This document shows, piece by piece, positions 12,380-23,417 of a stretch of 64,000 bases of DNA. Source of the DNA: Andalucia godoyi And28 (lineage: Eukaryota > Protista > Jakobida); contig VRVR01000040.1 in NCBI GenBank assembly GCA_009859145.1, positions 35,211 through 99,210 on the forward strand, read 5' to 3'. The stretch's first letter is position 1, and every line of letters starts with the position of its first letter. The translations under genes were made by a program, and so were the position numbers. The notes under the pieces are model-generated. The model was not told the DNA's origin, made no database searches, and saw only the letters and a program-made list of their open reading frames with translations.

Positions 12380-13405
12380 CTACCACGCCTTCTTGGGCTT
12401 CGTGCTGGAAGCGGGCTTTGTCACTGCGTTGGATCTGCCTTGGTCAGCGGACTCCGGAAGCTCTTCAGCATCGCTCGCCTTCTTGCTGTTCCTGTTGTCG
12501 TCGTCACCATCACCATCACCCCCATCGTCATCGTCGTCGTCGTCGTCGCCGCAGCTAGAATTGACGTCCTCAGACAAAGATGCATTCTTCGTGGAGCCGA
12601 ATGACTTCAGGAGCTTCTGAGAGTCGGACAGCGCGGTGGAGTTTTGCTGCAGCATCGAGGCCAGGACTTCCGTGTCAAAGTGCGCAAACATCTTGCAAAG
12701 ACTTGCGGACAGCGACGCTCGGGCGTTGGCTAGCATGTTCTGCGACTTGGACTCGATCTGATCCCGCTCCGTTACAAGCTGCACATTGCGATCTGCAACT
12801 GTGGATGCAGTTTCAAACACTGCGTCTCTTTCAGCTCGTGTCGACACTCGTTGCGACATGAAGGCGCGGGTCGCGGTCCACATCTCCTTGAAGATGCCCG
12901 TTCCATACTTCCCAAACAGCAAGTCCACCTGGCCTTCGAGAGTCGCAAACGATGAGCTCCACGCTGCATCAACGCGGCCATCCAGATCGGCCTCCAGATT
13001 TCGGATCTCCACGTGCTGCACCGCAAAGTCATCCATCTTCACGAGAACAATCGTGCGATCCGACTCATAGAAACTGGATATTTTGTGAAGCGCGTCCTGA
13101 AACAAACAGAATGCATCCCGCATCTCAACGAGCGGTTGCAGAACGGTACGCGCCACCGATTCGCACAGCGTGGGGAACGCCTTTTCAACCACCGCCATGC
13201 GCGGACCATAGGCTTCCACAGTCCGATTGTTGGCGTCGAGCACGGCCCGGACCTTTTCGAGATCCTCACGCTTCAGTCTCCATTGCCTGATGAGCTCTTC
13301 GTATTCTTGAAACGTCGTTCGAAACGCCTCTCTCTTCTTCTTGCGCTCTTTTTCCTTTTCTTTCGCATCTGCACTGCTGGCAGGCTTTGAGACCGATGAC
13401 TCTGG

Positions 13406-13437
<32 letters not shown>

Positions 13438-14851
13438 TGCTGGTAGTGGTGGTGGTGGTCGAGAATGTACTAGTGACAGGAGGAAGCCCAATCAGCTCAG
13501 CATCATCGTCGTTCTCCAGGGCTTGGCTCGACGATTTGACGTACTGATCAAGCTTCAGCAAAAGGACTCTCGCCTGCGCCGATGCCGTGGACTTGTACTC
13601 TGCATACACAGCCCTGGCCTTGTCAAAGGCCGCAATATCTGCGCCATGCTGCTCTTTCGCAAGAGCCCCTTGGTTCCATTCGTGGAACTTGTCTGTGATG
13701 GACAGCAGCGACTGCACTGCAGCCTGGAAAATCGAACTATCGGTTCCAAACGGAGTGCTTTTTCCAGACTTTGAGCTCTTCAGCAGTTCCTGCGAACGAG
13801 CAAACACCGGTCTGTACAATGCCAGATCATCAAATCGCGAGAACGAACGCACGGATTCAAGACACGATACCCAGTCGCTGAGCATTTGAACAGAGTCTTT
13901 GAGATCTGGAATCGATCCCAACAACTTGCTCTCCTTCTTGAGGGCAATCCGGAGCTTCTCTACGTTTGTAGAGATCATTCTTCGGCCCGTCAGCACCTGC
14001 TCGACACGATCGGAAAACTCTCGGAGCATTTCGGCTCGTTCCTTCAGGGCTTTTTCAAACACCATGAACGACTCTTCGGTGCGGACCTTGTTAGACATTG
14101 CTTCGCACGTGCCGGAAAACTCCGAGAGGATCGGCATGTTTCTCTGGATCGACCACTTTTGCAGCGACTTTGCAACAGCTGATCGCTGGTCAAAATATGC
14201 TGCCAAAGACTGCTGCAGTGCAGTAACGGTCTCGACGAACTGCGAGGTTTCGCTCTCGAGGGACTTGCGAATTCCGGCATTCCATTCATCGAGCGAAGAC
14301 TTAGTACCTAACTGGGAGACGCCTGCTTTGGAGTCATTCGGAAACGAAGAGCCTCCGCTGGACTGTGGCGAACTGGTCCCGATCGTGGTGGCCAGCTTCG
14401 CCATGAACTGTGCATCAGCAATGCTGTTAAACGTCCGGCAGAGCTCCTGATCGCCGAGCAGGACGTCGTGCAACCCAGCATTGAGGTGCGACGACTTTTC
14501 AATCATCAGCAGCCGATACTGCACCTGCAGCGCATCTTTGTGTGTCGGATGTTTGCACGTCTTCCTAGCAAGCTTGATGACTTCGTCCACACGCTGCATA
14601 TATTTGGAAACGTGGTGCTGGAACTTCTGCAGAACATCTCGTCGGTTCGCAACCAGCCTCTTCACATTTGATTGAGCTTCGGTGCTGCATACCTTGAGAA
14701 GGACGTTATGAACACCACTCCATAGATTCGCAGACGTCTTTGCATCGCTCAGAATCCGCTGCAGCTCCTTCTTGGATGCCTTTTGAGATTCCCATATCGC
14801 TTTCGGATCCGTGTTTTCTTCACTGTGCACCTTGGATTCTGAACAGCCCAT
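12380..14851 (-). CDS. Predicted N-myristoylated/palmitoylated all-helical coiled-coil protein, 823 aa
   Basis: N-terminus MGCSESK (Gly2, Cys3, Ser6); long amphipathic helices; acidic low-complexity C-terminus. Confidence 0.75.
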
Positions 14852-15379
14852 CGTTTTCAGTGTTGTTGTTGTTTAAAGATGCTGCCACTCACGTATCCCG
14901 AAGTGCTGCTGGCCCATGCATGAAACGTCCTTTGCTTCTTCCCCTCCTTTTGTCTTTTAATTTTTAATTTTTGATGATTATTATTATTATTTTTCCTTTC
15001 CTCTCCTTGGTCCTGCCGCCTGTGTTTTCATTTTTATTATTTTACTTTTATTATTTTTGGGTTGATTTCCCTCCCAAAAAGAACTCGGTGAAAAATCGCA
15101 TTCAGCACAAGCATTAGCAGATCAAATCATCGGACGCTGTGCTGCAGACATCACTTGTCATCAACACGGTTTACTGTGCTGTGCTGACGTGCTGGGTTCG
15201 GGAAATTCTCCTCAATCGGGGGGAAGATCGGGGAATTCTCCGACGAGGAAGCGACGTGGTTATCATGTATACTTCCTTCCGTATGCATGACAATGACGTG
15301 TTATTATTCAACGGTACTGCCTGTTTCATTGTGCCAATGAAAAATTAAAAGTACTATTGGGGGCAGGCTGATTGATTAG

Positions 15380-16102
15380 ATGTATTTTCGACGAAGGAAT
15401 TTCTTCTATTTGCGAATTTCGAGGAGCCTGTGTCTTGCTGTGATTCTTCATATTGCAGATGGTGGAAATGGCGAATGGTTTACGAAGGATCATTTTGATG
15501 CTTTGCTTTCGATGATTAAGGAGTTTTTGCCGCTGAAGCTCTCTGAAACGCTGAAAGGCGAGATTTCTGTCCGCAAGATCAATGAAAAGGCCAGGTTTGA
15601 GCTGTTTCGTGGAGACGGCATGCAGTTTTCATACCAGTTTCGGATAATGAGACCGCGGCATTCGGTTCTGATCAGTCCACAAACCTTCGCGCATCCATTA
15701 ACTGCTGCGGAGAACATCACCGTCAGGACTAGCAACAACGATGATGATGATGGTGGTGGTGGTGCTCTTCACCAAGCACATGCAGAGCAGCCCACTATGA
15801 ACAACGAAGGAACAGACGATGTCTTTACGAATGGCGCGTCGTGGAGAGTGGTTCGAAGTGCTGGATATGCAATCACTGTCCGCGTTCGACAGTATCCTGC
15901 ACCTAATGGCAGCACCAACATCCGTGACAATCCCAGTTCAGCCGCTCCTTCTTCAGCTGCATCTTTCCCATCAACTGTATCATCAGGCCCGTCGGCATCC
16001 GCACACCCATCCGCACACCCACACTCGCAGATCCCGGTGAATCAGATGCTTGTTCCAACATCTTCTGGTCGTGGACTGCGAAAAAGAAGAATTGAAAGCT
16101 GA
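15380..16102 (+). CDS. Hypothetical protein, weakly SLX4IP-like N-terminal domain
   Basis: YLRISRSLCLAVILHIADGGNGEWFTKDHFDALLSMIKE...GMQFSYQF...RHSVL...ITVRVRQYP resembles the SLX4IP-type pattern from memory. The start may be altered by an upstream exon. Confidence 0.5.
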   Translation: MYFRRRNFFYLRISRSLCLAVILHIADGGNGEWFTKDHFDALLSMIKEFLPLKLSETLKGEISVRKINEKARFELFRGDGMQFSYQFRIMRPRHSVLISPQTFAHPLTAAENITVRTSNNDDDDGGGGALHQAHAEQPTMNNEGTDDVFTNGASWRVVRSAGYAITVRVRQYPAPNGSTNIRDNPSSAAPSSAASFPSTVSSGPSASAHPSAHPHSQIPVNQMLVPTSSGRGLRKRRIES

Positions 16103-16134
16103 GGCCTTCGTTTGTTCCCGACGTCTTGTACATG

Positions 16135-16335
16135 GACACCCGGCAGTACCGGGGCCTTTTCTTTAAAAAAATATCAGTAATAGTAATGAGCGAATGTGCA
16201 GATGGTCACTTCAGGGAGTTCACTTCAATCTCCCTCTTTTTGTTTGACTTAGGGCACACCCATGTAAATCAATGCAGGGATTCCAAGAACGGGAGGCGTG
16301 AAATGTCCGTTCAATCTTCATGAGTGCCCTACGCG
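16135..16335 (-). ncRNA. Candidate omegaRNA scaffold/guide region of the Fanzor1-like element
   Basis: Stem 16319-16331 pairs with 16250-16264 (13 bp with a 2-nt bulge) and encloses GAACGG/CCGTTC (16287-16292/16307-16312). Further stems: AGGGAG/CTCCCT (16213-16218/16230-16235) and CCCGG-N5-CCGGG (16139-16153). The region overlaps the ORF stop codon, as omegaRNAs often do. Confidence 0.5.
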
Positions 16336-16644
16336 AGACTCCAGCTCGCTTGGACTGGGAATACCGCGTGGATTCCGACACAAGAGCCGCGGTCGCCTGA
16401 GCCAGCACTGACGAATGTTCATCGCGGCGTTGGCATCGCGGCCCACGCACCGGCGGTCAGATGGACAGTTCACTGTGGCGCAGTGTCTCAACCCCCGGGA
16501 CACGAAGCGCTCACGACGCAATACCGGATTCTCGGGCATCCGCATGAAAAAGGGTACCACCAGGTCGCGGGTAGCCAGACGGTCCAGCAGCTTGGCCGTC
16601 GCCTGCTGCTTCTTGACACGACCGCGGAATCGGCGGCTGTTATG
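16318..16644 (-). pseudogene. Fanzor1-like C-terminal fragment (bridge-helix region fused to partial Zn finger and RuvC-III)
   Basis: One frame reads RRFRGRVKKQQATAKLLDRLATRDLVV-PFF...RGLRHCATVNCPSDRRCVGRDANAAMNIRQCW. RDxNAAxNI is the TnpB/Fanzor RuvC-III motif. RuvC-I (DPG) and RuvC-II (E) motifs are not visible. Confidence 0.8.
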
Positions 16645-16794
16645 TCACCTAAAATAATAATACCTATCTGATTTATTTTACGAACAAAAGAATAAAAGAA
16701 ACAAACCGTCGGTTACACACAAATAGCCAACACACACAAACGGACAAGTCCGTGTCGTTGTCGACATTTTTATCGACAACACTGCGACAGCTAC

Positions 16795-16972
16795 AACAGA
16801 ACGAATCCTTGAAATCGGGAAAGGGCAGGTCATTCTCCAACACAAGGGCGAGGTAGTGGTTTAGCAGGAGTGCACTGCGCCACGTGATGAACGGCGAATC
16901 GTTCACCCAGATCGGGAGGGTATCGTGCTGATCGGGATGGCGCAGCCGCTCTCGGAGCGCAGCTTTCACCAC
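16795..16972 (-). pseudogene. Fanzor1-like N-terminal fragment
   Basis: VVKAALRERLRHPDQHDTLPIWVNDSPFITWRSALLLNHYLALVLENDLPFPDFKDSF resembles the Fanzor1 N-terminus (V/T-VK-x-x-L ... R-x-SLLLN-x-YL ... P-x-PD). It is preceded by a possible acceptor (GGTGTAG|GTG). Confidence 0.62.
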
Positions 16973-17356
16973 CTACACCATCGGGTTCCGAAAATGTGCA
17001 AGTATGAAACTGACGGAACAGACAAACCGACAACGTGTGGCGAAGTGTGAGGAGGATGTGGTGCCAAATAAAAACGGTGAAATATCAAAATACGAACGCA
17101 GCAGTGTTTTATTCAATATTTTATTTGACACAACGAAGTCCAAGGTGAAACGAGAGAAACGGAAAGGGGAAAAGAAGAGCGGTTTAAGGAATTGCTGGAA
17201 TTTCTGAATTGAATTTTAGGGAAGCGCCCGTATTGTTCTTATTTATTTATTTTTAATTGTTTTACGATATCCAACACATGACAAGACAAACAGAAGAATG
17301 GATGGGACATGGGACATGGGGCACGGAACCATCGACTATTCTGAGAAAACGCGGGG

Positions 17357-18859
17357 TTATGCGTCCTTCGGTCCAAGCATATCTTCCGGACGGACCCATT
17401 TTTCAAAGTTCTCGGCGGTCACGAGGCCGAGTTCGAGGGCGGACTCGCGAAGAGTAATGCCCTTCTTGTGTGCATTCTTTGCAATCTTTGCTGCATTGTC
17501 ATACCCAATGTGCGGGTTGAGTGCAGTGACAAGCATGAGCGACTCGCGGACAATCTTCTTCAAGGTCTCCGTGTTTGCCTCGATTCCGTCGACGCAGTGA
17601 TCGACGAATGAGACAGAAGCATCTGCAATCAAACGAATCGATCGGAGGACATTCGACACCATGAGCGGCTTGAACACATTGAGCTCAAAGTGCCCCTGCG
17701 CTCCACCAATTGTAACAGCCACGTGGTTACCCATGACTTGTGCGCACACCATGGTCAATGCCTCGCACTGCGTTGGGTTGACCTTTCCAGGCATAATCGA
17801 CGAACCGGGCTCGTTCTCGGGCAGCGAAAGCTCTCCAAGTCCACAGCGCGGACCAGACCCCAAGAATCGAATGTCGTTTGCAATCTTGTTCAGCGAAACG
17901 GCAAGCACGTTCAATGCGCCCGAGAGTTCCACCATTGCATCATGTGCAGCTAGAGCTTCGAACTTGTTGGGAGCTGCCGTGAAAGAAAGTCCAGTCAACT
18001 TTGAAACCTCCGCCGCAACATACTCGTCGTACCCACGGTAGGTATTGAGTCCAGTTCCCACTGCCGTTCCTCCGATTGCAAGCTCGCAAACACGCGAAAT
18101 GCTCTGTTTCACTCGCAGAATCCCGTACGCAACTTGCTGTGCATACCCCGAGAACTCCTGCCCCAGGGTCATGGGAGTCGCGTCCTGTGTGTGCGTGCGG
18201 CCGATCTTGATGATGTCCACCCACAGTTTTGCCTTCGCGTCCAGCGCGGCCTGGAGCTTTTCCAGAGCGGGGAGAAGTGTCTGGGTCGTTTCAATTCCGA
18301 CTGCAATCGACATTGCGGTCGGGAAGGTGTCGTTGGAAGACTGCGATCGATTCACATGGTCGTTTGGATGCACAGGCTTCTTGGAACCCATCTGTCCGCC
18401 CATCATCTCAATTGCACGGTTCGAAATAACCTCATTGACATTCATGTTCGTCTGCGTACCCGAGCCCGTCTGCCAGATCTTCAACGGAAAATGCGAATCT
18501 AGTTTTCCAGAAATCACCTCATCGGCAGCCTTTTCAATCGCCGATGCAACCGCACCGTCCATTCCAAACTTTGCTGCATTCACTCGTGCACACGCCTTCT
18601 TGAGAGTTGCCATTGCATGAATCACCGGAATCGGCATCCGCTCCGAGTCTCCACCAATCGCAAAATGGTACAAAGAGCGTGCCGTCTGTGCGCCCCAGTA
18701 CTTATCTGCAGGTACTTGGATCTCGCCAAAGGAGTCTGTTTCAGCTCGAGAAGGACCATCCACTGTCGGCATTACATGGTGCGACGAAGACATGAGACGC
18801 AAAAGTGAACCTCGTGGAGACACAAACAAGCGCGAAACTCGAGATGCAGACACAAACAT
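17357..18859 (-). CDS. FH: Class II fumarate hydratase, mitochondrial
   Basis: [15 protein letters not shown] signature, [35 protein letters not shown]; Arg/Ser-rich presequence. Confidence 0.98.
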   Translation of the reverse strand: MFVSASRVSRLFVSPRGSLLRLMSSSHHVMPTVDGPSRAETDSFGEIQVPADKYWGAQTARSLYHFAIGGDSERMPIPVIHAMATLKKACARVNAAKFGMDGAVASAIEKAADEVISGKLDSHFPLKIWQTGSGTQTNMNVNEVISNRAIEMMGGQMGSKKPVHPNDHVNRSQSSNDTFPTAMSIAVGIETTQTLLPALEKLQAALDAKAKLWVDIIKIGRTHTQDATPMTLGQEFSGYAQQVAYGILRVKQSISRVCELAIGGTAVGTGLNTYRGYDEYVAAEVSKLTGLSFTAAPNKFEALAAHDAMVELSGALNVLAVSLNKIANDIRFLGSGPRCGLGELSLPENEPGSSIMPGKVNPTQCEALTMVCAQVMGNHVAVTIGGAQGHFELNVFKPLMVSNVLRSIRLIADASVSFVDHCVDGIEANTETLKKIVRESLMLVTALNPHIGYDNAAKIAKNAHKKGITLRESALELGLVTAENFEKWVRPEDMLGPKDA

Positions 18860-19479
18860 GAAACAAGAAACAAGAGAGAAAAACTTCAGAATAAATGAAG
18901 TGACTCGGAATGACTAGACCGCAATTTATAGAGGGGGAGTGAAAAGCGCTATTAAAAAGAAAAAGAAAAAGAAAAAAGAAAAAAGAAAAAGAAAGGAAGC
19001 ATAAGAGAAACTCAGTAACATCTAATAAAACAACATAAGAAAAGGTACGCGTTGTGCGAGTGGAGAGAATAGACAAAAGTTGAGCACAACAAAAGGGTTT
19101 TGCGTCACGCGTCGTCCAGCATCATGCGGCTGCATTCATGCTGTACGTGCAGTACCCCTGCATGTCAGAGCTGTGTGTGTGTGTCTCATAACGAATGACA
19201 TGTTTGGGAGGATGTTTTGTGTGAGAACGACTACGACCGCCTGTCGAACAGGACCCACCACAACGCGCGTTGTTCAAGTCGAGGTCTTCAAGTCAAATTC
19301 TCATTTCTCTCTCTTACTCTTCTCTCTTACTCTCTCCTCTCTAATCCAAATTTTAGGTTTCCTATTGCATTTCCCCCCGTTCTTGTTTTGCGTCTTTCAT
19401 TTTTGTTATTTTTTTTATTTATTTATTTAATTAAGAAAAATATTTTTTTGTGGAAGGAGGTGCTTTGGTGGTTTTGCAT

Positions 19480-21288
19480 ATGATGACCGTGGATAATCTT
19501 GCAGAAAAGCTTGAGCGGGCAGTCGAAATTGCAGATTCAAAGCCTGCTGCAGCCGCACAGTCTCTCTATGAAATCATCAATTCATCCAGTATGTCGCATT
19601 TCGTTCATTTACTTTTTCTTCGGGGGAGAAGGGGGCGGGGGGCAGAATCCTGCTTCCGTCTTCTTGCTGCCCCCTTCGCTCTTCTCTGTTTGCACGTTGC
19701 TTGACAATTCATGCTGGTGACTCTTGTCTTCTTTTCTATGTGACGTGGACTAATGGCTTATTTTGCTTCCCTGCGTTCCCTGCTTTTTCCCCTCCATGAT
19801 GAAATAGACACGGATGCTCAGTCCATCAAGTGCAAAGAGGACGCCATCACAAGACTCGCAAAACTCTACTCTTCCATTCAGTATGTACCATCTCTGCTTC
19901 CATGAGTGTTTCGCGATTATTGTCGTTCGAGCTTTTTCTTCTTTTTATTATATATATATTTTTTTTTTACATATCTGCTTTTGATACTAATTGGAGGGTG
20001 TTTTGTGTTTTGCGTTGTTACTGGAATGTAGAGATGCTCAAGGACTTCGAAACTTGTTGGTAGCGGTCCGACCGTTCTTTCTTGTCGTCCCAAAGGCCAA
20101 GACTGCGAAAATGGGTATGTCTTTCTTTCTCCTCTTGCACACACAAGCGATTTGTGCACCGAGAAAAATTATTTCTAAAAAGAGAAGAAAATGATTCAAC
20201 TAATGAATGATTGGTTTGGTTTTTTTCTTTTTCTTTTTTTTGGGACGAGGTTAGTTCGCATGATTATCGACATGTTGGGCAAGATTCCCGGGACGGGTGC
20301 GTTGCAAATGGAACTCTGCCGCGATTCAATCGACTGGTGCCGCGCAGAAAAGCGTACGTTCTTGCGCCAGAGAATTGAATCGCGACTTGCCGCCTTGTAT
20401 TTCGAAAGCAAAGACTACAATTCGGCGCTTCAGCTGGTGAATTCGCTTGTGCGTGAAGTCCGCAAGCTGGACGATAAGGCGCTTCTTGTCGAAATTCAAC
20501 TGCTGGAGTCACGCATCCACCATTCTTTGCGCAATGTCCCAAAGGCCCGTGCAGCGCTTACGGCAGCCAGAACAGCAGCGAACGCCATTTACTGCCCGCC
20601 TCTGCTGCAGGCACAAATCGATTTGCAGGCTGGCGTGCTCTGTGCAGAAGAAAAGGACTACAAAACCGCATATTCGTACTTTCTGGAGGCTTTCGAAACG
20701 TACCATGCGTCTACCGAGCAGATCCTTGTGGACTCTGAAATGTCCACCCGGCAGGCGGCGACACTGTGCCTGAAGTACATGCTTCTGTGCAAGATCATGA
20801 CCGACAATGCCAGCGACGTGTCGGCGATTCTCAGTGGGAAGAACGCGATCGAGTACACGGGAAGAAACATTGCAGCCATGAAGGCCGTTGCAGAGGCGCA
20901 TTTGCAACGGTCTCTTGAAGGATTTCACAAGGCACTCAGAGACTACGACGCCGAACTGCACGCAGATCTCATTGTTCACGCACATCTTTCTTCGCTGTAC
21001 GACAAGTTCCTGGCCCAGAACATCATCAAGTTCCTCGAACCGTACTCGCAGGTGCAGATTTCATACATTTCGTACCTGCTTGGTATGGAGGCTGCGGTGG
21101 TCGAGAGAAAGATTTCGCAGATGATTTTGGACAAAGTGCTCCTTGGAGTCATTGACCAGTCCACCGGGTGCTTCATCGCATACGCAGAGGACAAGGGAGA
21201 CAAGACGTTCGGCTCCATTGTCGAAACCATGGATCACATGGGCAAAGTCGTCGATGTCTTGTTTGAACGTTCCCAGAAGCTCTTGTAA
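19480..21288 (+). CDS. PSMD11: 26S proteasome lid subunit RPN6/PSMD11; 4 exons (19480-19588, 19808-19880, 20032-20114, 20255-21288)
   Basis: Three GTATG...AG introns give a continuous frame: KEDAITRLAKLY, RPFFLVVPKAKTAKMVR, WCRAEKRTFLRQRIESRL, EEKDYKTAYSYFLEAFE, and a C-terminal PCI domain. Confidence 0.96.
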
Positions 21289-21509
21289 GCTCGAGTCCTT
21301 TTTCGATCTGACAGCTGAAGCAGATGGACCAAGATGATTCCTGTATGAATATCCAAGAACGAAAAGAAAAAGAAAAAAAAAACACACACACACACACACA
21401 CATGAGCTGATCTGTTTTTTACATATTATTTGTTCTTCTTATTTTTAGTTACATATTTGACAATAAAGCACATGCGAAGGGAAGGGCGGCAGAACGCAAG
21501 GAAGCGTCT

Positions 21510-23417
21510 TCATAGACTCAAAATGGTGCCGTCATTGGACTGTGGAATCATGAGTACAAGAACACCCAATAAAATACCTCGAGAATCTCGGAGCCAAGAA
21601 ACAGATTGTGAGTACAGGATCTTGCGACCGTCTTTTCTGCGGAGCGGCGACGTGACTCCTGAAGCCTTGATGCGAGGATTGACATTCACTTCGTGGACAA
21701 GAGACAGGAACTCGTTGGTGTTTTGCTCATTCAAGTCCAACAGGTCCCAAATGAGAATGTCGTGCCCGTCGAAATCGCCCTTTGTGTACATTGACACCTC
21801 CACAAGTGGTCCATTTGCATGGTAGACGTGAGCTCTACAATCCAGAATGCAGCCTGGAAACGGAACCGAGTCAACGACCATCTTGCTTCGGTCAATCTGT
21901 TCGCGCAAGAAGGAGTCCTTTGCAATGAGCTCATCGTAAACAAAATGTGGAGTGCGAATGGCCTCCGGATGCGCCTTGTAGATGCTGTATTCTGCAGTTA
22001 GAAAGCGCTCTCTCCATTTCAAAAACGAAACCAGCACTTGCGGCGACAGTCTGTGCGCATTCCGTCGTAGAAATCGCGACATGGGCGAGGGTGAAATGAT
22101 GTTTTCATCCATCAGCGTCCGGAAAATTGCCTTCAGAGTCGCATCTGAGTCGGCAGACCCGGAGCCAGGAGCCCCAGCTCCACTGCTACTGATTCCCCCC
22201 AGACCACTCATTGAGCCAGATCCACAAGTCGCGGAGGAGCAGGACGATGCTGGATAGCCCACGTCAAACGAAAACGACGTATCCAGCGACAGCAAATCCA
22301 ACGGCTCAAATGAACTCCCTTCTCCCAGTCCTTGCCCTTGCCCTTGCCCTTGCCCTTGCCCTTGCCCTTGCCCTTGCCCTTGCCCTTGCCCTTGCCCTTG
22401 CCCTTGCCCTTGCCCCAGCCCAGAAACTGATCCAAAGCCCTGCTGCTGCTGGTGCTGCTGCTGGTGCTGAATGAATGACTGAAACTGTGCGGAAAAGGCG
22501 TCCGGAGTCAGTTGTGGAAGCGGCGAACTCACAGAAAACAAAATTGGAGAAGCGCATCTGTGAAGCTCTGCGACACTATTCCCACCAGTTGCTAATGACA
22601 ACGGAGGTGGAGACGATGATGACAATGACGCAGGTGGCAGTAACGACGACGATGCAAGTGAAACCGCTGATGCCGTCACATCAAGCTGTGATTTTGACCG
22701 CTCAATCCTCCGCGACTCCAACACAGCCATTGGGGTATATTTTCTCTGGTACTTCTTCGGCTTCTTCCGCGCAACATACACGCACTCCAAAGGAAACCCT
22801 CGCTCAACACATCGATCACAGGGCGTGTCTCCATTGCATCGCTTCTTTTGCATCCTGCAGAACGTACATGCCCGCGTAAGCCTTTTGATGCCTCCGCTGC
22901 CCGACTGCGCACCCACACCCGACTCTCTATCTTCTTCATCATCCTCCACCTCCTCATCCTCTTCATTCTCATTCTCATTTTCATTCTGTGGCCTTCTTCC
23001 ATTACGAGAGTCCATATTATGACTATAATGACCATGTGCATTCCAACTCTCCTCTGTGTTTCGACTCTGTGTAGGAGCAGTGCTGCTGTTGCTGCTGCTG
23101 CACCGAGTGTTGTTGCACCCCACGCTACCATTACTAATGCTACCAATGCTGCCGATGCTGCTGCTTACATTCTGGGAGTTGTGACGGATATGCTGGCAGC
23201 GAGGCCGTTTTCGCGGAGGCTGGAACGTCAGGCTCGAGGCCTGGGAAAGATTGGCAGGAGACGAAAGCGGAGACGGCGACAATGAAGACGGCACACAAGA
23301 ACTGGTTGTGGAAGACGTGCCGGTATGTGTGGACGCGGTCGAGAGAGCCAGCGGTAGAACAGGACCGCACGCAGCGACCGTAGTTGGAAATGAAGTCGAG
23401 ATGTGGCTCTGTAGCAT
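21510..23417 (-). CDS. Zn(II)2Cys6 transcription factor with C-terminal PAS-like domain (paralog 1)
   Basis: CTFCRMQKKRCNGDTPCDRCVERGFPLEC = CX2CX6CX5CX2CX8C. C-terminal PFPGCILDCRAHVYHANGPLVEVSMYT...LRRKDGRKI...WLRDSRG is PAS/PAC-like. Probable start MLQSH at 23417. Confidence 0.88.
   Translation of the reverse strand: MLQSHISTSFPTTVAACGPVLPLALSTASTHTGTSSTTSSCVPSSLSPSPLSSPANLSQASSLTFQPPRKRPRCQHIRHNSQNVSSSIGSIGSISNGSVGCNNTRCSSSNSSTAPTQSRNTEESWNAHGHYSHNMDSRNGRRPQNENENENEEDEEVEDDEEDRESGVGAQSGSGGIKRLTRACTFCRMQKKRCNGDTPCDRCVERGFPLECVYVARKKPKKYQRKYTPMAVLESRRIERSKSQLDVTASAVSLASSSLLPPASLSSSSPPPLSLATGGNSVAELHRCASPILFSVSSPLPQLTPDAFSAQFQSFIQHQQQHQQQQGFGSVSGLGQGQGQGQGQGQGQGQGQGQGQGQGQGQGLGEGSSFEPLDLLSLDTSFSFDVGYPASSCSSATCGSGSMSGLGGISSSGAGAPGSGSADSDATLKAIFRTLMDENIISPSPMSRFLRRNAHRLSPQVLVSFLKWRERFLTAEYSIYKAHPEAIRTPHFVYDELIAKDSFLREQIDRSKMVVDSVPFPGCILDCRAHVYHANGPLVEVSMYTKGDFDGHDILIWDLLDLNEQNTNEFLSLVHEVNVNPRIKASGVTSPLRRKDGRKILYSQSVSWLRDSRGILLGVLVLMIPQSNDGTILSL
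22330..22413. repeat. (CCTTGC)14 hexamer encoding poly-(Gly-Gln) in the transcription factor
   Basis: Direct inspection: 84 bp of perfect hexamer. Confidence 0.95.

Larger units (their letters stand above)
16135..16972 (-). mobile_element. Internally deleted, non-autonomous Fanzor1-like (TnpB-family) element
   Basis: Fanzor1-like N-terminal and C-terminal coding fragments in the same orientation, separated by ~150 bp AT-rich filler and followed by a hairpin-rich 3' region. Termini are not defined. Confidence 0.72.

Noticed and set aside
16249-17233. Possible terminal inverted repeats of the Fanzor1 element (TTAGGGCACACCC at 16249 versus TTAGGGAAGCGCCCGTA near 17217)
   Set aside because: Similarity is weak and partly direct rather than inverted; no convincing TIR/TSD pair, so termini are left undefined.
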